64,000 nt of DNA from an uncultured bacterium (GCA_937952265.1 CALFYW010000016.1:142661-206660), one strand, 5' to 3'. Positions 1 through 9,928 are shown, counted from the stretch's first letter. Numbers and translations are program-made. Notes: generated by a model not told the origin, from the sequence alone.

Positions 1-355
1 TAAATTTTTGAGAAAGCGCGATCGAAAGCGCTCGAGCACGCATTTTCTTAGGAAGTACGCGTGAATAATCCTTATCATTACGCGGACCAAAGGTAACTCC
101 TCCCCCACGCCAGATAGGTGAACGAGTTGATCCGTGTCGCGCGCGTCCGGTTCCTTTTTGTTTCCATGGTTTTTTTCCTCCACCTCGCACGTCACCGCGG
201 TTTTTTGTATGCGCGATGCTGGTGCGCGCGTTGGCACGCATGGTTACCACCACTTGATGCATCAGATCGCCATTCCATGGCACGCCGAATACCTCTTGAG
301 GAAGGGTAATATTCCCTGTCTTTTTTCCTTCTTGATTGTAAACCGCTGTTTCCAT
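1..355 (-). CDS. rplD: 50S ribosomal protein L4, N-terminal part (gene runs off the window start)
   Basis: Reverse-strand translation from ATG (353-355) gives METAVYNQEGKKTGNITLPQEVFGVPWNGDLMHQVVVTMRANARTSIAHTKNRGDVRGGGKKPWKQKGTGRARHGS..., a typical L4 N-terminus. It lies directly downstream of rplC, as in S10 operons. It is absent from the ORF track because the window edge truncates it. Confidence 0.8.
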   Translation of the reverse strand, partial: METAVYNQEGKKTGNITLPQEVFGVPWNGDLMHQVVVTMRANARTSIAHTKNRGDVRGGGKKPWKQKGTGRARHGSTRSPIWRGGGVTFGPRNDKDYSRVLPKKMRARALSIALSQKF

Positions 356-365
356 AAGTACCCAA

Positions 366-986
366 TTATATTGAACGCACCTCAATTAATGCTCCTCGAC
401 GCCCTGGCACCGCTCCACTTATTACCAAAAGTTGTTTTGAGGCGTCTTTTTCAAGCACTTTCAAATTCTTTACGGTTACCCGATTATTCCCCATTCTTCC
501 TGGCATGCGCATTCCTTTGATCACTCGTTGCATACCTCCTGCGCCAATTGATCCAACCTCACGTTCAGAGTGCTTCTGACCATGAGATCGAGGGCCACCT
601 GAGAAGCCGTGCCGCTTAACAGCACCCTGAAAACCCTTTCCTTTGGTCGTACCTGATACCGCCACCTTATCTCCTTTCTCAAACGCACTTACATCAATGG
701 TGCTCCCCACCGTAAAGGTATTAGCAACATCTTCAGGGACTCGAAACTCACGAAGCACACGAAACATACCTCCTGATTTTTTCACATGTCCTTGTTGTGC
801 GCGCGTAATGCGAGAACTTTTTGCGGGAATAAACCCAACCTGTACGGCAGCATATCCATCAGTTTCATTCTTCTTAACTTGGGTCACCACTAACGGACCA
901 GCAGAAAGCACCGTTGCGGGAGTTACGGTTCCGTCATCGTGGAAGAGCTCAGTCTGATATTGTTTTGTGCCAAGAATAAATTTCAT
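366..986 (-). CDS. rplC: 50S ribosomal protein L3
   Basis: The 206-aa ORF carries L3 hallmark segments (KGKGFQGAVKRHGFSGGPRSHG, MPGRMGNNRVTVKNLKV) in S10-operon context. Confidence 0.95.
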   Translation of the reverse strand: MKFILGTKQYQTELFHDDGTVTPATVLSAGPLVVTQVKKNETDGYAAVQVGFIPAKSSRITRAQQGHVKKSGGMFRVLREFRVPEDVANTFTVGSTIDVSAFEKGDKVAVSGTTKGKGFQGAVKRHGFSGGPRSHGQKHSEREVGSIGAGGMQRVIKGMRMPGRMGNNRVTVKNLKVLEKDASKQLLVISGAVPGRRGALIEVRSI

Positions 987-996
987 AACAGTTTGT

Positions 997-1019
997 AAAA
1001 AATGAGCCCCGGGGACTCA
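997..1019 (-). terminator. GC-rich hairpin plus T6 on the minus strand between rpsJ and rplC (possible attenuator or partial terminator)
   Basis: Plus strand reads aaaaaa-tgagccccggggactca: a near-palindrome tgag-cccc/gggg-(a)-ctca followed, in minus-strand sense, by TTTTTT, about 10 nt before the rplC start codon. Confidence 0.3.
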
Positions 1020-1117
1020 TTTAGTACCACGAAATATACTTGCATACGTTACCAAAACAGGGTAAAAAATGCAAGAAAGCGCCGATGAAAGGGGTCTCTC
1101 AGTCGGCGCTCGCTCGA

Positions 1118-1495
1118 TTAAAGCATTTTTACTTCAATATTAACTCCTGAAGGAAGTGTCAAATTCGTCAATGCTTCAATGATCTTTGGACTTGGATTCA
1201 TAATATCCAAAAGGCGTTTATGAACCCGCATCTCAAACTGCTCTCGTGCATCTTTGAAGATAAATGACGAACGGTTTACCGTATACTTCTTGTATTCAGT
1301 AGGAAGCGGAATAGGCCCACGGATAAGCGCGTCATAACGAATAGCGGTATCCATAATTTGTTTTACCGACGCATCAAGAATCTTATTCTCATACGCCCGC
1401 ACACGAATACGAAGACGCGGTATTTCACTTTCTGCGGTTTTCTCTTTACGCTTCCGTGGCGCTGCCTTCTTTTTAGTTTCGCTTCCTACGGTCAT
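1118..1495 (-). CDS. rpsJ: 30S ribosomal protein S10 (with a ~25-aa basic N-terminal extension if the track start is used)
   Basis: RLRIRVRAYENKILDASVKQIMDTAIRYDALIRGPIPLPTEYKKYTVNRSSFIFKDAREQFEMRVHKRLLDI matches the S10 core. It sits between tuf and rplC. The true start is uncertain. Confidence 0.9.
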   Translation of the reverse strand: MTVGSETKKKAAPRKRKEKTAESEIPRLRIRVRAYENKILDASVKQIMDTAIRYDALIRGPIPLPTEYKKYTVNRSSFIFKDAREQFEMRVHKRLLDIMNPSPKIIEALTNLTLPSGVNIEVKML

Positions 1496-1497
1496 AG

Positions 1498-2688
1498 TTA
1501 TGCAACAATCTTAGTAACCACTCCGGCGCCAACAGTTTTACCTCCTTCACGGATTGCAAAACGCTGTTGTTCTTCAAGCGCAACCGGTGCCAAAAGCTTA
1601 ATCTTAAAGGTAATCGTATCACCAGGCATGACCATTTCAGTTCCTTGTGGAAGGGTAACCTCACCGGTCACATCAGTCGTTCGGATATAGAACTGTGGTT
1701 TGTAACCATTCACGAATGGCGTGTGACGACCACCTTCTTCTTTGGTCAAAATATATACCTCAGATTCAAATTCGGTATGTGGTGTTACTGAACCAGGCTT
1801 TGCTAACACCTGACCACGATGGATATCTTCTTTTTTGGTACCGCGCAAGAGAATTCCCGCATTGTCCCCTGCCATTCCTTCTTGAAGCGACTTGTTGAAC
1901 ATTTCGATTCCGGTAACGCTTGTCTTGGTAGTGTCTTTAATACCTACGATTTCAACTTCTTCACCTACTTTTACCTTTCCTCGTTCAATTCTTCCCGTCA
2001 CTACCGTACCACGGCCTTCAATAGAGAAAATATCTTCTACGGGCATTAAGAATGGCTTTTCAACATCACGCTCAGGAAGCGGGATGTAGGTATCAAGCGC
2101 GTTTGCTAATTCAAGAACCTTCTTCACCCACTCATCATCAGGAGAGCTTCCCTCAAGTGCTTTAAGTCCAGAACCACGAATTACCGGCGCGTTAGCACCA
2201 TCAAATTCATACTTGGTGAGTAATTCACGCACCTCCTCTTCAACAAGGTCAACAAGGTCATTGTCGCTCACCATATCTACTTTATTGAGGAAGACAATAA
2301 TCTTTGGCACACCAACCTGCTTCGCAAGCAGAATGTGTTCTCTGGTTTGAGGCATGACACCGTCAGTTGCCGCCACTACCAAAATTGCACCGTCCATCTG
2401 CGCGGCACCGGTAATCATGTTCTTAATATAGTCTGCGTGCCCCGGCGCATCAATGTGCGCATAGTGACGATTTGCGGTTTCGTACTCATTGTGTGAAAGC
2501 GCAATCGTAATACCACGAGCTTTTTCTTCTGGCGCAGAGTCAATCTCGTCGACTTTGCGCATCTTTACGGTCTGTCCGGCAACACTCAATGAATGGAGGA
2601 TTGCGGCGGTCAGGGTCGTTTTACCGTGGTCAACGTGTCCAATCGTTCCAACGTTGACGTGCGGTTTTGAGCGATCAAAATCTGCCAT
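1498..2688 (-). CDS. tuf: Elongation factor Tu
   Basis: The conserved N-terminus [30 protein letters not shown] begins at ATG 2686-2688. The track ORF begins 16 codons further upstream at 2736. G-domain motifs [14 protein letters not shown] and NKVD are present. Full length is about 396 aa. Confidence 0.95.
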   Translation of the reverse strand: MADFDRSKPHVNVGTIGHVDHGKTTLTAAILHSLSVAGQTVKMRKVDEIDSAPEEKARGITIALSHNEYETANRHYAHIDAPGHADYIKNMITGAAQMDGAILVVAATDGVMPQTREHILLAKQVGVPKIIVFLNKVDMVSDNDLVDLVEEEVRELLTKYEFDGANAPVIRGSGLKALEGSSPDDEWVKKVLELANALDTYIPLPERDVEKPFLMPVEDIFSIEGRGTVVTGRIERGKVKVGEEVEIVGIKDTTKTSVTGIEMFNKSLQEGMAGDNAGILLRGTKKEDIHRGQVLAKPGSVTPHTEFESEVYILTKEEGGRHTPFVNGYKPQFYIRTTDVTGEVTLPQGTEMVMPGDTITFKIKLLAPVALEEQQRFAIREGGKTVGAGVVTKIVA

Positions 2689-2902
2689 ATATTTATATTT
2701 TAATAATAAAAAGGTTATCTCCAATGGCAAATGCACGAGACTGATTCACCACTACTGATAACGCTTTCCGGCTTCACCGGAGCTAATAATTTTAGCATTT
2801 TGCATTCATCTATTTCAATATGTTTCGAAAAGCATACTGAAACACAACACGCAAAAAGCGATACTCATATCCTAGCAGACAACATAACAAGGGTCAAGAA
2901 CA

Positions 2903-2945
2903 AACCCACCCTCGCCTTCCTCTAATAAGGCGAGGGTGGGTATTC
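2903..2945 (-). terminator. Rho-independent terminator after the 624-aa secreted protein gene
   Basis: A 12-bp perfect stem cccaccctcgcc (2906-2917) / ggcgagggtggg (2931-2942) is followed on the minus strand by a T-rich tract (tttgttctt). Confidence 0.6.
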
Positions 2946-2953
2946 CAGAGATA

Positions 2954-4828
2954 CTATCTTAAATTCTCTTGCAAATCTCGAAGCACTTGTTCAAGCGAGC
3001 TTAGCGTATGCGCCAAATTCGACTGCGCGGCACCATTCAATGACGTGGTCGGCCGCTCTGAAATTGAGAAAATACCGTCAGAAATATCACTGCAGTTGCG
3101 ATACCCTACTGGGTTATCTCCTTGACAGGCAATGCGCACGCGGTAATTTCCTGGCTCAATGCCCGTGGTATATGTTGTACCACCTATGGTAGCTGAACGA
3201 AGTATTTTTGGACTAACTGAATTGCTCGTATACAGGTAATTCGATGCGATCAATACCTCTCCTTGCTGTTGGTTTTCAGGAACCAAGAATACATTGAGGT
3301 GTGCTACCGTGCCAGAAGTAAACCCGGTATAATCCCATCGAACTGAAAGATGGTCGCCGTAGTAAACGGTACCTCCGCCATTTGGCTGAGTGAGCGTTAC
3401 CGTTGGGCCGCCACTTGATTGTTGCGTATTTGGCTGCTCCACCCGCACCTCAACAGAGTCAATCGCCGCTTTACTATCTCCACTGCTATAACAGGTAAGA
3501 GTATACACTTTATCGGCAGTAACCGGGCCAATCGTAGTTCCATAGTTTACGGTTCCGGTATCATTGTTCCAGTTATTCGTACACCGGCTTGCGTGTGTGG
3601 TACTCCACTCCATAGTAATATAATCCCCGCTTGCCACCGTGAACGAGCTATTTCGGCTATTGATGAGCAGGTTAGCGGTTGGAGTTGGAATTGGATCTTC
3701 CACAATGATCCGCACCGAATCGGTGGCACTTTGGCCAACGCTATTGTAGCAGGTAATGGTATAAGTGGTATTCGAGGTAACAGGGCCGTAAGTGGTTCCA
3801 TAGTTTACGGTTCCGGTATCACTTCCCCAGTTAGTACTACAACGGGTTGCATTCGCGGTCTTCCATTCTGCGGTTACATAATGACCACTTTTTACCGTAA
3901 TCGGACCATTTGAACTATCGAGTGTAAGATCAACGGTAGGGAGTTTCGTGGTAGTTCCGCTTCCACCGTCATTACCACTTGCGGTGATGGTGAAGCGCTT
4001 GCTAGTAGCACAAACCTTACCATCTTTACCATTTGGATCATCGGCACAAAATGACAAGAAGTATTCTCCTGAAGGAACGTTGCTTGCTTCAGGGTGTAAT
4101 GTGTCTGCGTTTTTTCCTAATGATCCGGTGGTTTTACGGGCATAATAAAGTTTACCAGCAGTATTGTATAGGAAAATAGTGAATGATGTTGTAGGATAGG
4201 CATCATTTTGAGTCCAACCTACCGTTATTTGAGATCCTGCAGGATAAACTTCTCCTCCACTTGGAGCTAAGACCTGAATAGAATTAGAGGATTGAGAAGC
4301 ACCACAACTCAATGCTTGAATACGCGCGCGAGTTGAAGGGCCTACTGCGCCGTAGCCGGTAGTATCAGGAGTTCCTGAAGAAACAATACCGTTGCGCGCT
4401 TGGAAGCTCCTTACCGCCGCTTCAGTTGAGGGACCAAAGAAGCCGGTAATTTCTGGGTAGGTATAATCACCCTGCGCTCTGAGGAATTCCTGCAATCTTG
4501 AAATTGCCCCATTGTTGGTCTCATCGCGATTTTCTCCATCACTTCGAGAGAGATTTCTAATAATCCTCACGCAAGAAACACTAGTCGAACTACCCACCAG
4601 CGGGTTTACTATTGAAGGTGAAGTAGCCCCGCCTGCGGTTGTTGGCGTACCTCCTTCGAGTGAAATCTCCACATTCCTAATCACTCCGCTATCAGCGCCA
4701 AACGATTGGAGGAGGCCAATGATGGAATTGATTTGACTTTGAGTGAGTGCGGCATGCACTGATGGCACTATGAGAAACAGTGAACAAATAAAAAGGCTGC
4801 TAATAATGAGTTTTTTCATACGTAACAA
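2954..4828 (-). CDS. Secreted protein with a peptidoglycan-binding-like domain and two tandem ~85-aa Cys/Trp beta-sandwich-like repeats
   Basis: Signal peptide MKKLIISSLFICSLFLIVPSVHA. The segment LQEFLRAQGDYTYPEITGFFGPSTEAAVRSFQARNGIV resembles PG_binding_1. Two tandem repeats (…VKSGHYVTAEWKTANATRCSTNWGSDTGTVNYGTTYGPVTSNTTYTITCYNSVG… and …VASGDYITMEWSTTHASRCTNNWNNDTGTVNYGTTIGPVTADKVYTLTCYSSGD…) follow. The gene lies between fusA and tuf. Confidence 0.8.
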   Translation of the reverse strand: MLRMKKLIISSLFICSLFLIVPSVHAALTQSQINSIIGLLQSFGADSGVIRNVEISLEGGTPTTAGGATSPSIVNPLVGSSTSVSCVRIIRNLSRSDGENRDETNNGAISRLQEFLRAQGDYTYPEITGFFGPSTEAAVRSFQARNGIVSSGTPDTTGYGAVGPSTRARIQALSCGASQSSNSIQVLAPSGGEVYPAGSQITVGWTQNDAYPTTSFTIFLYNTAGKLYYARKTTGSLGKNADTLHPEASNVPSGEYFLSFCADDPNGKDGKVCATSKRFTITASGNDGGSGTTTKLPTVDLTLDSSNGPITVKSGHYVTAEWKTANATRCSTNWGSDTGTVNYGTTYGPVTSNTTYTITCYNSVGQSATDSVRIIVEDPIPTPTANLLINSRNSSFTVASGDYITMEWSTTHASRCTNNWNNDTGTVNYGTTIGPVTADKVYTLTCYSSGDSKAAIDSVEVRVEQPNTQQSSGGPTVTLTQPNGGGTVYYGDHLSVRWDYTGFTSGTVAHLNVFLVPENQQQGEVLIASNYLYTSNSVSPKILRSATIGGTTYTTGIEPGNYRVRIACQGDNPVGYRNCSDISDGIFSISERPTTSLNGAAQSNLAHTLSSLEQVLRDLQENLR

Positions 4829-4897
4829 TTAACTGAAGGTATGGGGATAACAGAAATAACCTCAAAAAGAGGTTATTTCCCTAGTGCCACTCTCCAC

Positions 4898-4921
4898 CAG
4901 TCAACCTGCCAGGTTGACTGG
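4898..4921. repeat. Left-end subterminal palindrome (12-1-12 perfect inverted repeat)
   Basis: ccagtcaacctg c caggttgactgg, read directly from the sequence, 30 bp upstream of the tnpA ATG. Confidence 0.85.
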
Positions 4922-4951
4922 TAAATATGCTATTATTATCAGTATAAATTT

Positions 4952-5614
4952 ATGGTTGGTGATATTGCTCATATTTGTAATCGAGGATTCGATAAAAAGC
5001 CGATTTTTACTTCCATGCCAGAGTACCATCGATTTGTTGAAAACTTATATAGACTCAACAATCAAAATGGCGCGCTTCGATTTCAGGGTCGAAACATCCT
5101 TACGTCTGAACATGAAAAACATCGGGAACCAATTGTAGACATCTTGAAATGGAGCCTGCTCCCTAACCATTACCACCTACTATTACACGAACGCATCGAG
5201 GGAGGTATTACAGAGTTTGTAAAAAGATTAGGAAACGGATATACCAAATACTTCAACACCAAACATCAGCGAAGCGGTTATTTATTCCAAAATTCCGCAA
5301 AAATTATCTTAATAAAAAGGGATGCGCAATTTTTATACATACCTTTCTATATCGAACTTAATCCTTTGGATATACACAAGTATCCCTGGAGAGACTTGAG
5401 TAAAAAGACAACTAACTACTCCCGCGTAATAGCTTTTCTTGAAAAATATCCATGGTCGAGCTACCAAGATTATGTAGGTAAGCCAAACTTTCCAAAAATA
5501 ATTAACCAACCTTTGTTTTTTAGCCTTTTTGAAACTAATCCAATGGAGTATAAAAAAGAGGTTCAAAAATATCTTTTAAACACTGAACTTCCACCAGTCA
5601 ACCTGGCAGGTTGA
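4952..5614 (+). CDS. tnpA: IS200-like Y1 (HUH) tyrosine transposase, 220 aa with a C-terminal extension
   Basis: HUH motif in LLPNHYHLLLHE. Catalytic-Tyr region KHQRSGYLFQN resembles the IS200 TnpA RGYF segment. The gene is flanked by hairpins, and its last codons (PPVNLAG*) are encoded by the right-end palindrome itself. Confidence 0.8.
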   Translation: MVGDIAHICNRGFDKKPIFTSMPEYHRFVENLYRLNNQNGALRFQGRNILTSEHEKHREPIVDILKWSLLPNHYHLLLHERIEGGITEFVKRLGNGYTKYFNTKHQRSGYLFQNSAKIILIKRDAQFLYIPFYIELNPLDIHKYPWRDLSKKTTNYSRVIAFLEKYPWSSYQDYVGKPNFPKIINQPLFFSLFETNPMEYKKEVQKYLLNTELPPVNLAG

Positions 5615-5641
5615 CTGGTGGAATGGCAGGTTGACTGGTGG
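5591..5641. repeat. Right-end subterminal palindrome (15-1-15) plus a duplicated right arm
   Basis: ccaccagtcaacctg g caggttgactggtgg (5591-5621), followed by aatgg and a second caggttgactggtgg (5627-5641). Confidence 0.85.
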
Positions 5642-5757
5642 AAAAAAGGGGGGAAAGCACCTGGTAAGGAAAACACCAGATTGAGGTGTAAAAAAACAAG
5701 AATATAATAAGAATACTTTGGCGCCTTGGTTAATTAGCGCCCGCGCCCTCATAGCTT

Positions 5758-7905
5758 TTATTTCCGCGCTTCGATAATGGTTTGCGCAACGTTTGGAGGA
5801 ACGATGGCATAATGATCGAACTCCATGGTAGAAGTAGCACGACCTTCAGTCATTGAGCGGAGGGTTGTTACGTACCCAAACATCTCCGAAAGCGGCACCT
5901 TTGCCCGCACGACACGGTTAAGACCTCTCTCATCCATCCCTTCAATTTGCCCACGCTTAGAGTTTAAGTGCCCGGTAACATCCCCCATAAACTTTTCAGG
6001 GGTAACCACCTCCACTTTCATGATTGGTTCAAGAATGACCGGCTTTGCCCGCTTCGCGGCATCTTGAAATGCTTGTGATGCCGCAATCTTATACGCAATC
6101 TCCGACGAGTCTACATCGTGGTATGATCCAAACAAAAGCTCTGCTGAAACATCTACCAGGCGATACCCCGCAACAATCCCCCGATCCATTGCCTCACGGA
6201 TCCCTTTCTCAACCGCAGGAATAAACTCTTGTGGAATCACCCCTCCTTTAATTGAGTCGATAAATTCAAAGTCTTCATACCGCTTCACGTTCTTAGGCAC
6301 TTTCTTTTCCTCTTTAATTGCCTCCCGATCAAACGGTTTAATATTAATCTTAACGTGCCCATACTGTCCCTTACCGCCGGTTTGTTTAATATATTTATGT
6401 TCCGCCTCCGCTTCGCCGGTAATCGTCTCTTTATACGCAACCTGCGGTTTCCCCACATTTGCTTCAACACTAAACTCTCGCTTCATTCGATCTACAATGA
6501 TATCAAGATGGAGTTCTCCCATACCCATAATCACGGTCTCAAGTGTTTCTGAATCAGTTTTAATCTTAAAAGTTGGATCTTCATCAGAAAGACGCTTCAA
6601 TGCGATACCCATTTTCTCCTGATCGGCTTTGGTTTTTGGCTCAATACGAAGTGAGATCACTGGTTCTGGAGGCTCAATACCTTCAAGTAGAATGGGGTGC
6701 GCCTCATCACAAAGGGTATCACCTGTTTTCACTTCCTTAAGACCTACTGCCGCCGCGATTTCTCCAGAAAATACTTTCTTAACCTCTTCACGCTCATTCG
6801 CGTGCATGCGCAAAATACGCCCAATGCGTTCTTTCTTTCCGGTACGAGGGTTATACACATAAGAGCCGGCCTCAAGCACTCCTGAATACACTCTAAAATA
6901 TGTGAGTTGGCCCACATATGGATCAGTCTGGAGTTTAAACCCGAGCGCCGCGAATGGTTCGTCATCAGAGGAATGTCGCTCATCTTCCGCGCTTGTTTCC
7001 GGATTAACGCCTTTAATTGCTGGTACATCAACGGGAGAAGGTAGGTAATCAACAACCGCATCAAGCACGAGCTGTACCCCTTTGTTCTTGAGCGCAGAAC
7101 CTAAAAATACCGGTACCACCTTATTCGCAAGTACTGCCTTTCGCAATACTGCTTTGAGTGACGCAATCGGAATCTCTTTTCCTTCAAGATACTCATTCAT
7201 AAGGGCGTCATCATGCTCAACAATTTTTTCAACAAGCTCACCTCGGAATTTTTCAGCTTCGGCACGACGAGCTTCAGGGATTTCTTCAGTTCGGATGGTA
7301 TTCCCCATCGTTCCTTCAAAATAGTAGGCTTTCATGGTGAGCAAATCGATGATTGCTTCAAAATGTTCTTCTTCGCCAATCGGCAACTGCATGCGTACCG
7401 CGCTTTTAGTCAAACGTTCGATAATTGTTTTGAATGAATGCTCAAATGACGCGCCCATACGGTCGAGCTTATTTACAAAACAAATACGTGGCACATGATA
7501 TTTGTCTGCCTGACGCCACACGGTTTCTGATTGCGGTTCAACTCCCGCAACACCATCAAAAACTACTACCCCACCATCAAGCACACGGAGTGAGCGTTCT
7601 ACCTCAACCGTAAAATCAACGTGCCCCGGGGTATCAATAATATTAAAACGGTGCTTCTTTTCTGGATTGAGATTCTCATAGGTTGGGATCCAAAAACACG
7701 TCGTTGCTGCAGAGGTAATGGTAATGCCTCGCTCTCGCTCTTGTTCCATCCAGTCCATTACCGCAGCTCCTTCATGCACTTCCCCGATTTTATGTGATAC
7801 GCCTGTATAAAAAAGCACCCGTTCCGATGTGGTGGTTTTTCCAGCATCAATGTGTGCAATAATGCCAAAGTTTCGTACGAAAGGTAGTGAATAATCGCGC
7901 TTCAT
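5758..7905 (-). CDS. fusA: Elongation factor G
   Basis: 715 aa. N-terminus [24 protein letters not shown], plus DTPGHVDF and other EF-G domains. It lies between rpsG and tuf. Confidence 0.95.
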   Translation of the reverse strand: MKRDYSLPFVRNFGIIAHIDAGKTTTSERVLFYTGVSHKIGEVHEGAAVMDWMEQERERGITITSAATTCFWIPTYENLNPEKKHRFNIIDTPGHVDFTVEVERSLRVLDGGVVVFDGVAGVEPQSETVWRQADKYHVPRICFVNKLDRMGASFEHSFKTIIERLTKSAVRMQLPIGEEEHFEAIIDLLTMKAYYFEGTMGNTIRTEEIPEARRAEAEKFRGELVEKIVEHDDALMNEYLEGKEIPIASLKAVLRKAVLANKVVPVFLGSALKNKGVQLVLDAVVDYLPSPVDVPAIKGVNPETSAEDERHSSDDEPFAALGFKLQTDPYVGQLTYFRVYSGVLEAGSYVYNPRTGKKERIGRILRMHANEREEVKKVFSGEIAAAVGLKEVKTGDTLCDEAHPILLEGIEPPEPVISLRIEPKTKADQEKMGIALKRLSDEDPTFKIKTDSETLETVIMGMGELHLDIIVDRMKREFSVEANVGKPQVAYKETITGEAEAEHKYIKQTGGKGQYGHVKINIKPFDREAIKEEKKVPKNVKRYEDFEFIDSIKGGVIPQEFIPAVEKGIREAMDRGIVAGYRLVDVSAELLFGSYHDVDSSEIAYKIAASQAFQDAAKRAKPVILEPIMKVEVVTPEKFMGDVTGHLNSKRGQIEGMDERGLNRVVRAKVPLSEMFGYVTTLRSMTEGRATSTMEFDHYAIVPPNVAQTIIEARK

Positions 7906-7969
7906 AAATAATATTTCAATTGTTCAATAAAAAATCCCGCTTAAAAACAGGGTTTAAAAACCAGCACTC

Positions 7970-8440
7970 CTACCACGCAAAATGCGCGAATGCCTTATTT
8001 GCTTCCGCCATCTTATGCGTATTTTCACGACGCTTTACCGCATCGCCCTCATTATTGCTTGCGGCAATAATTTCTTCAGCAAGTTTTTGGTGCATCGGGG
8101 TACCTCGGCGTCCATTTGCCGCTTCAATAATCCATCGCATCGACAAGAAGGTCTTCCGTTCTGGACGTACTTCTCGTGGCACTTGATAGTTAGCTCCACC
8201 AACACGGCGCGATCGAACCTCCATAAGCGGTGCGACATTCTTAAGCGCTCGCTCAAATACATCGAGCGGATTGCTGTTTTCACCTTTTTCTTTTATCAAA
8301 TCGAAAGCACGGTACACTACGCGTTCAGCGGTGCTTCGTTTTCCAGAAAGCATGACGTAGTTAATAAACTTGGCCACTTTTGGTGACTCATATACCAAAT
8401 CTGGCCCAATTGGTTTTTTCTTCTTAATTGCTCTTCGCAT
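7970..8440 (-). CDS. rpsG: 30S ribosomal protein S7
   Basis: 156 aa with good S7-family similarity (…SGKRSTAERVVYRAFDLI…VAPLMEVRSRRVGGANYQVP…). Confidence 0.95.
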   Translation of the reverse strand: MRRAIKKKKPIGPDLVYESPKVAKFINYVMLSGKRSTAERVVYRAFDLIKEKGENSNPLDVFERALKNVAPLMEVRSRRVGGANYQVPREVRPERKTFLSMRWIIEAANGRRGTPMHQKLAEEIIAASNNEGDAVKRRENTHKMAEANKAFAHFAW

Positions 8441-8461
8441 AAAAACGCTTACTTATTTATC

Positions 8462-8869
8462 TTATTTTGGACGCTTAACCCCATAACGGCTTCGTCCGCG
8501 CTTTCGGTTCTCAACACCAGAAGCATCGAGTACGCCACGTACTACCGTATAACGTACACCAATATCTTTCACACGACCGCTTCGAAGCAATACCACTGAG
8601 TGTTCTTGGAGGGTGTGCCCAATACCAGGGATATACGCGGTAACCTCCATACCGTTGGTTAAGCGCACTCGTGCGATTTTTCGAATTGCGGAGTTTGGTT
8701 TTTTAGGAGTCTTTGTAGTGACCTTAATACAGACACCGCGCTTAAAGGGAGAAGGATAGTAGGTTGGGCGATTTTTAAGAGTATTGAAACCACGCGTTAA
8801 AGCCACCGCGCGCACCTTGCGGGTCATTTTCTTTCTCCCTTTTCGTACAAGCTGGTTAATGGTTGCCAT
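8462..8869 (-). CDS. rpsL: 30S ribosomal protein S12
   Basis: 135 aa: [13 protein letters not shown]…[10 protein letters not shown]…[19 protein letters not shown]. Confidence 0.95.
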   Translation of the reverse strand: MATINQLVRKGRKKMTRKVRAVALTRGFNTLKNRPTYYPSPFKRGVCIKVTTKTPKKPNSAIRKIARVRLTNGMEVTAYIPGIGHTLQEHSVVLLRSGRVKDIGVRYTVVRGVLDASGVENRKRGRSRYGVKRPK

Positions 8870-8997
8870 AAAAATTAGCGCATGAACGCTCTATCACTCA
8901 ATAGAAAGCATGGGCGCTAGTGGCACTACTGTAATATAGACCTCAAAAAAAAGCAACCGAATATCGAGGCTCTATCCACAATGCGCTACACCCCCTC

Positions 8998-9618
8998 TTA
9001 TGAGAAGCCAATTCCGGTAAGGAGGCTAAACGCCAACCCAATGACCGGGAAGAGCACCTGAATAAAGAAAAAGACGAAAATAAGGACAAATATGAATCCA
9101 TACTGTTCGAGTGCGTATCGCCAATTGGCAAATCGTGGAGGGAGTATTGAAAAGAGAATTTTAGACCCATCAAGCGGTGGAATAGGGATGAGGTTAAAAA
9201 TCGCGAGTACCAGATTAACCAACACCACATAACCCGCAATCTCAATAAATGCCGGAGAAAACCCTGATGAAAGACCTGCTCGAACCAGGAAACCAAAAAT
9301 AAGGGCAAGTCCGATATTGGTAAGCGGACCCGCACCTGCAACTAATGCTTCGCCTAATCTTCCCCGCCGTAAATTATAGGAGTTGTAAGGCACCGGCTTG
9401 GCCCATCCAAACATCACGCCACCAGGAAGAAAATACATAAGCACCGGAACAATAAATGAACCGACCAAATCCAGGTGTTTTATGGGGTTTAAGGTAAGTC
9501 GCCCCGCAAGGCGCGCGGTTGGGTCACCGAGCGCATCTGCCGTAACCCCGTGTGCAAGCTCATGCGCAACCACTGAAAACACCAACACAAGGATAATAAA
9601 AACAAATTCAATCTCCAT
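8998..9618 (-). CDS. Site-2 protease family (peptidase M50) intramembrane zinc metalloprotease
   Basis: 206 aa, polytopic. HEXXH motif in VVAHELAHGV at the start of the first TM helix, and a later LDG motif (PIPPLDGSKI). Confidence 0.75.
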   Translation of the reverse strand: MEIEFVFIILVLVFSVVAHELAHGVTADALGDPTARLAGRLTLNPIKHLDLVGSFIVPVLMYFLPGGVMFGWAKPVPYNSYNLRRGRLGEALVAGAGPLTNIGLALIFGFLVRAGLSSGFSPAFIEIAGYVVLVNLVLAIFNLIPIPPLDGSKILFSILPPRFANWRYALEQYGFIFVLIFVFFFIQVLFPVIGLAFSLLTGIGFS

Positions 9619-9679
9619 ACGTTATTTGCATTGCAATAAAAATATGCTACCATACGAACGCTTCTATCGTAAGCGTCTT

Positions 9680-9922
9680 ATGGCAAAAACATGCCCCGTA
9701 ACAGAAAAACGTTCTCTTGTTGGCGGCGGATACAGCAACCGCACTCGTGCCACACAATTTAACCCAACAGGAAAACGCCGACGTCAGGTCAATTTTCAAA
9801 AAAAGAAAATTTATGTACCTGAATTAAAGCGTACCGTTTCGGTAACGCTTTCTGCGCGCGCGCTTAAAACGATCAATAAAAACGGAGCGTATGCAACCCT
9901 TAAGAAGGCGGGTTTGCTATAA
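9680..9922 (+). CDS. rpmB: 50S ribosomal protein L28
   Basis: MAKTCPVTEKRSLVGGGYSNRTRATQFNPTGKRRRQVNFQKKKIYVPELKRTVSVTLSARALKTINKNGAYATLKKAGLL (80 aa) matches the L28 family. The track ORF 9398..9922 carries a spurious 94-aa upstream extension. Confidence 0.85.
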   Translation: MAKTCPVTEKRSLVGGGYSNRTRATQFNPTGKRRRQVNFQKKKIYVPELKRTVSVTLSARALKTINKNGAYATLKKAGLL

Positions 9923-9928
9923 CTGCTC

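Larger units (their letters stand above)
4894..5641. mobile_element. IS200/IS605-family (tnpA-only) element, or REP-flanked RAYT
   Basis: About 750 bp, comprising a Y1 HUH transposase gene flanked by near-identical perfect palindromes: ccagtcaacctg-c-caggttgactgg on the left and ccaccagtcaacctg-g-caggttgactggtgg on the right, plus an extra half-site copy. Confidence 0.7.

Noticed and set aside
118-957. Plus-strand ORFs 118..309, 134..520 and 643..957
   Set aside because: They are antisense to rplD and rplC, whose translations are unmistakable ribosomal proteins. These are GC-driven shadow ORFs.
1358-2758. Multiple plus-strand ORFs (1358..1690, 1567..1791, 1695..1898, 1819..2049, 1892..2089, 2489..2758) and minus-strand 1473..1664
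   Set aside because: They are antisense or out of frame within tuf and rpsJ. No independent support.
3419-4145. ORFs 3419..3913 (+), 3547..3801 (-), 3948..4145 (+) and 4512..4736 (+)
   Set aside because: They are embedded in or antisense to the 624-aa secreted-protein gene, whose signal peptide and repeat structure identify the real frame.
9398-9679. 94-codon upstream extension of the rpmB ORF
   Set aside because: L28 homology starts at MAKTCPVTEK (9680). The extension overlaps the site-2 protease gene on the other strand and has no L28-like sequence.
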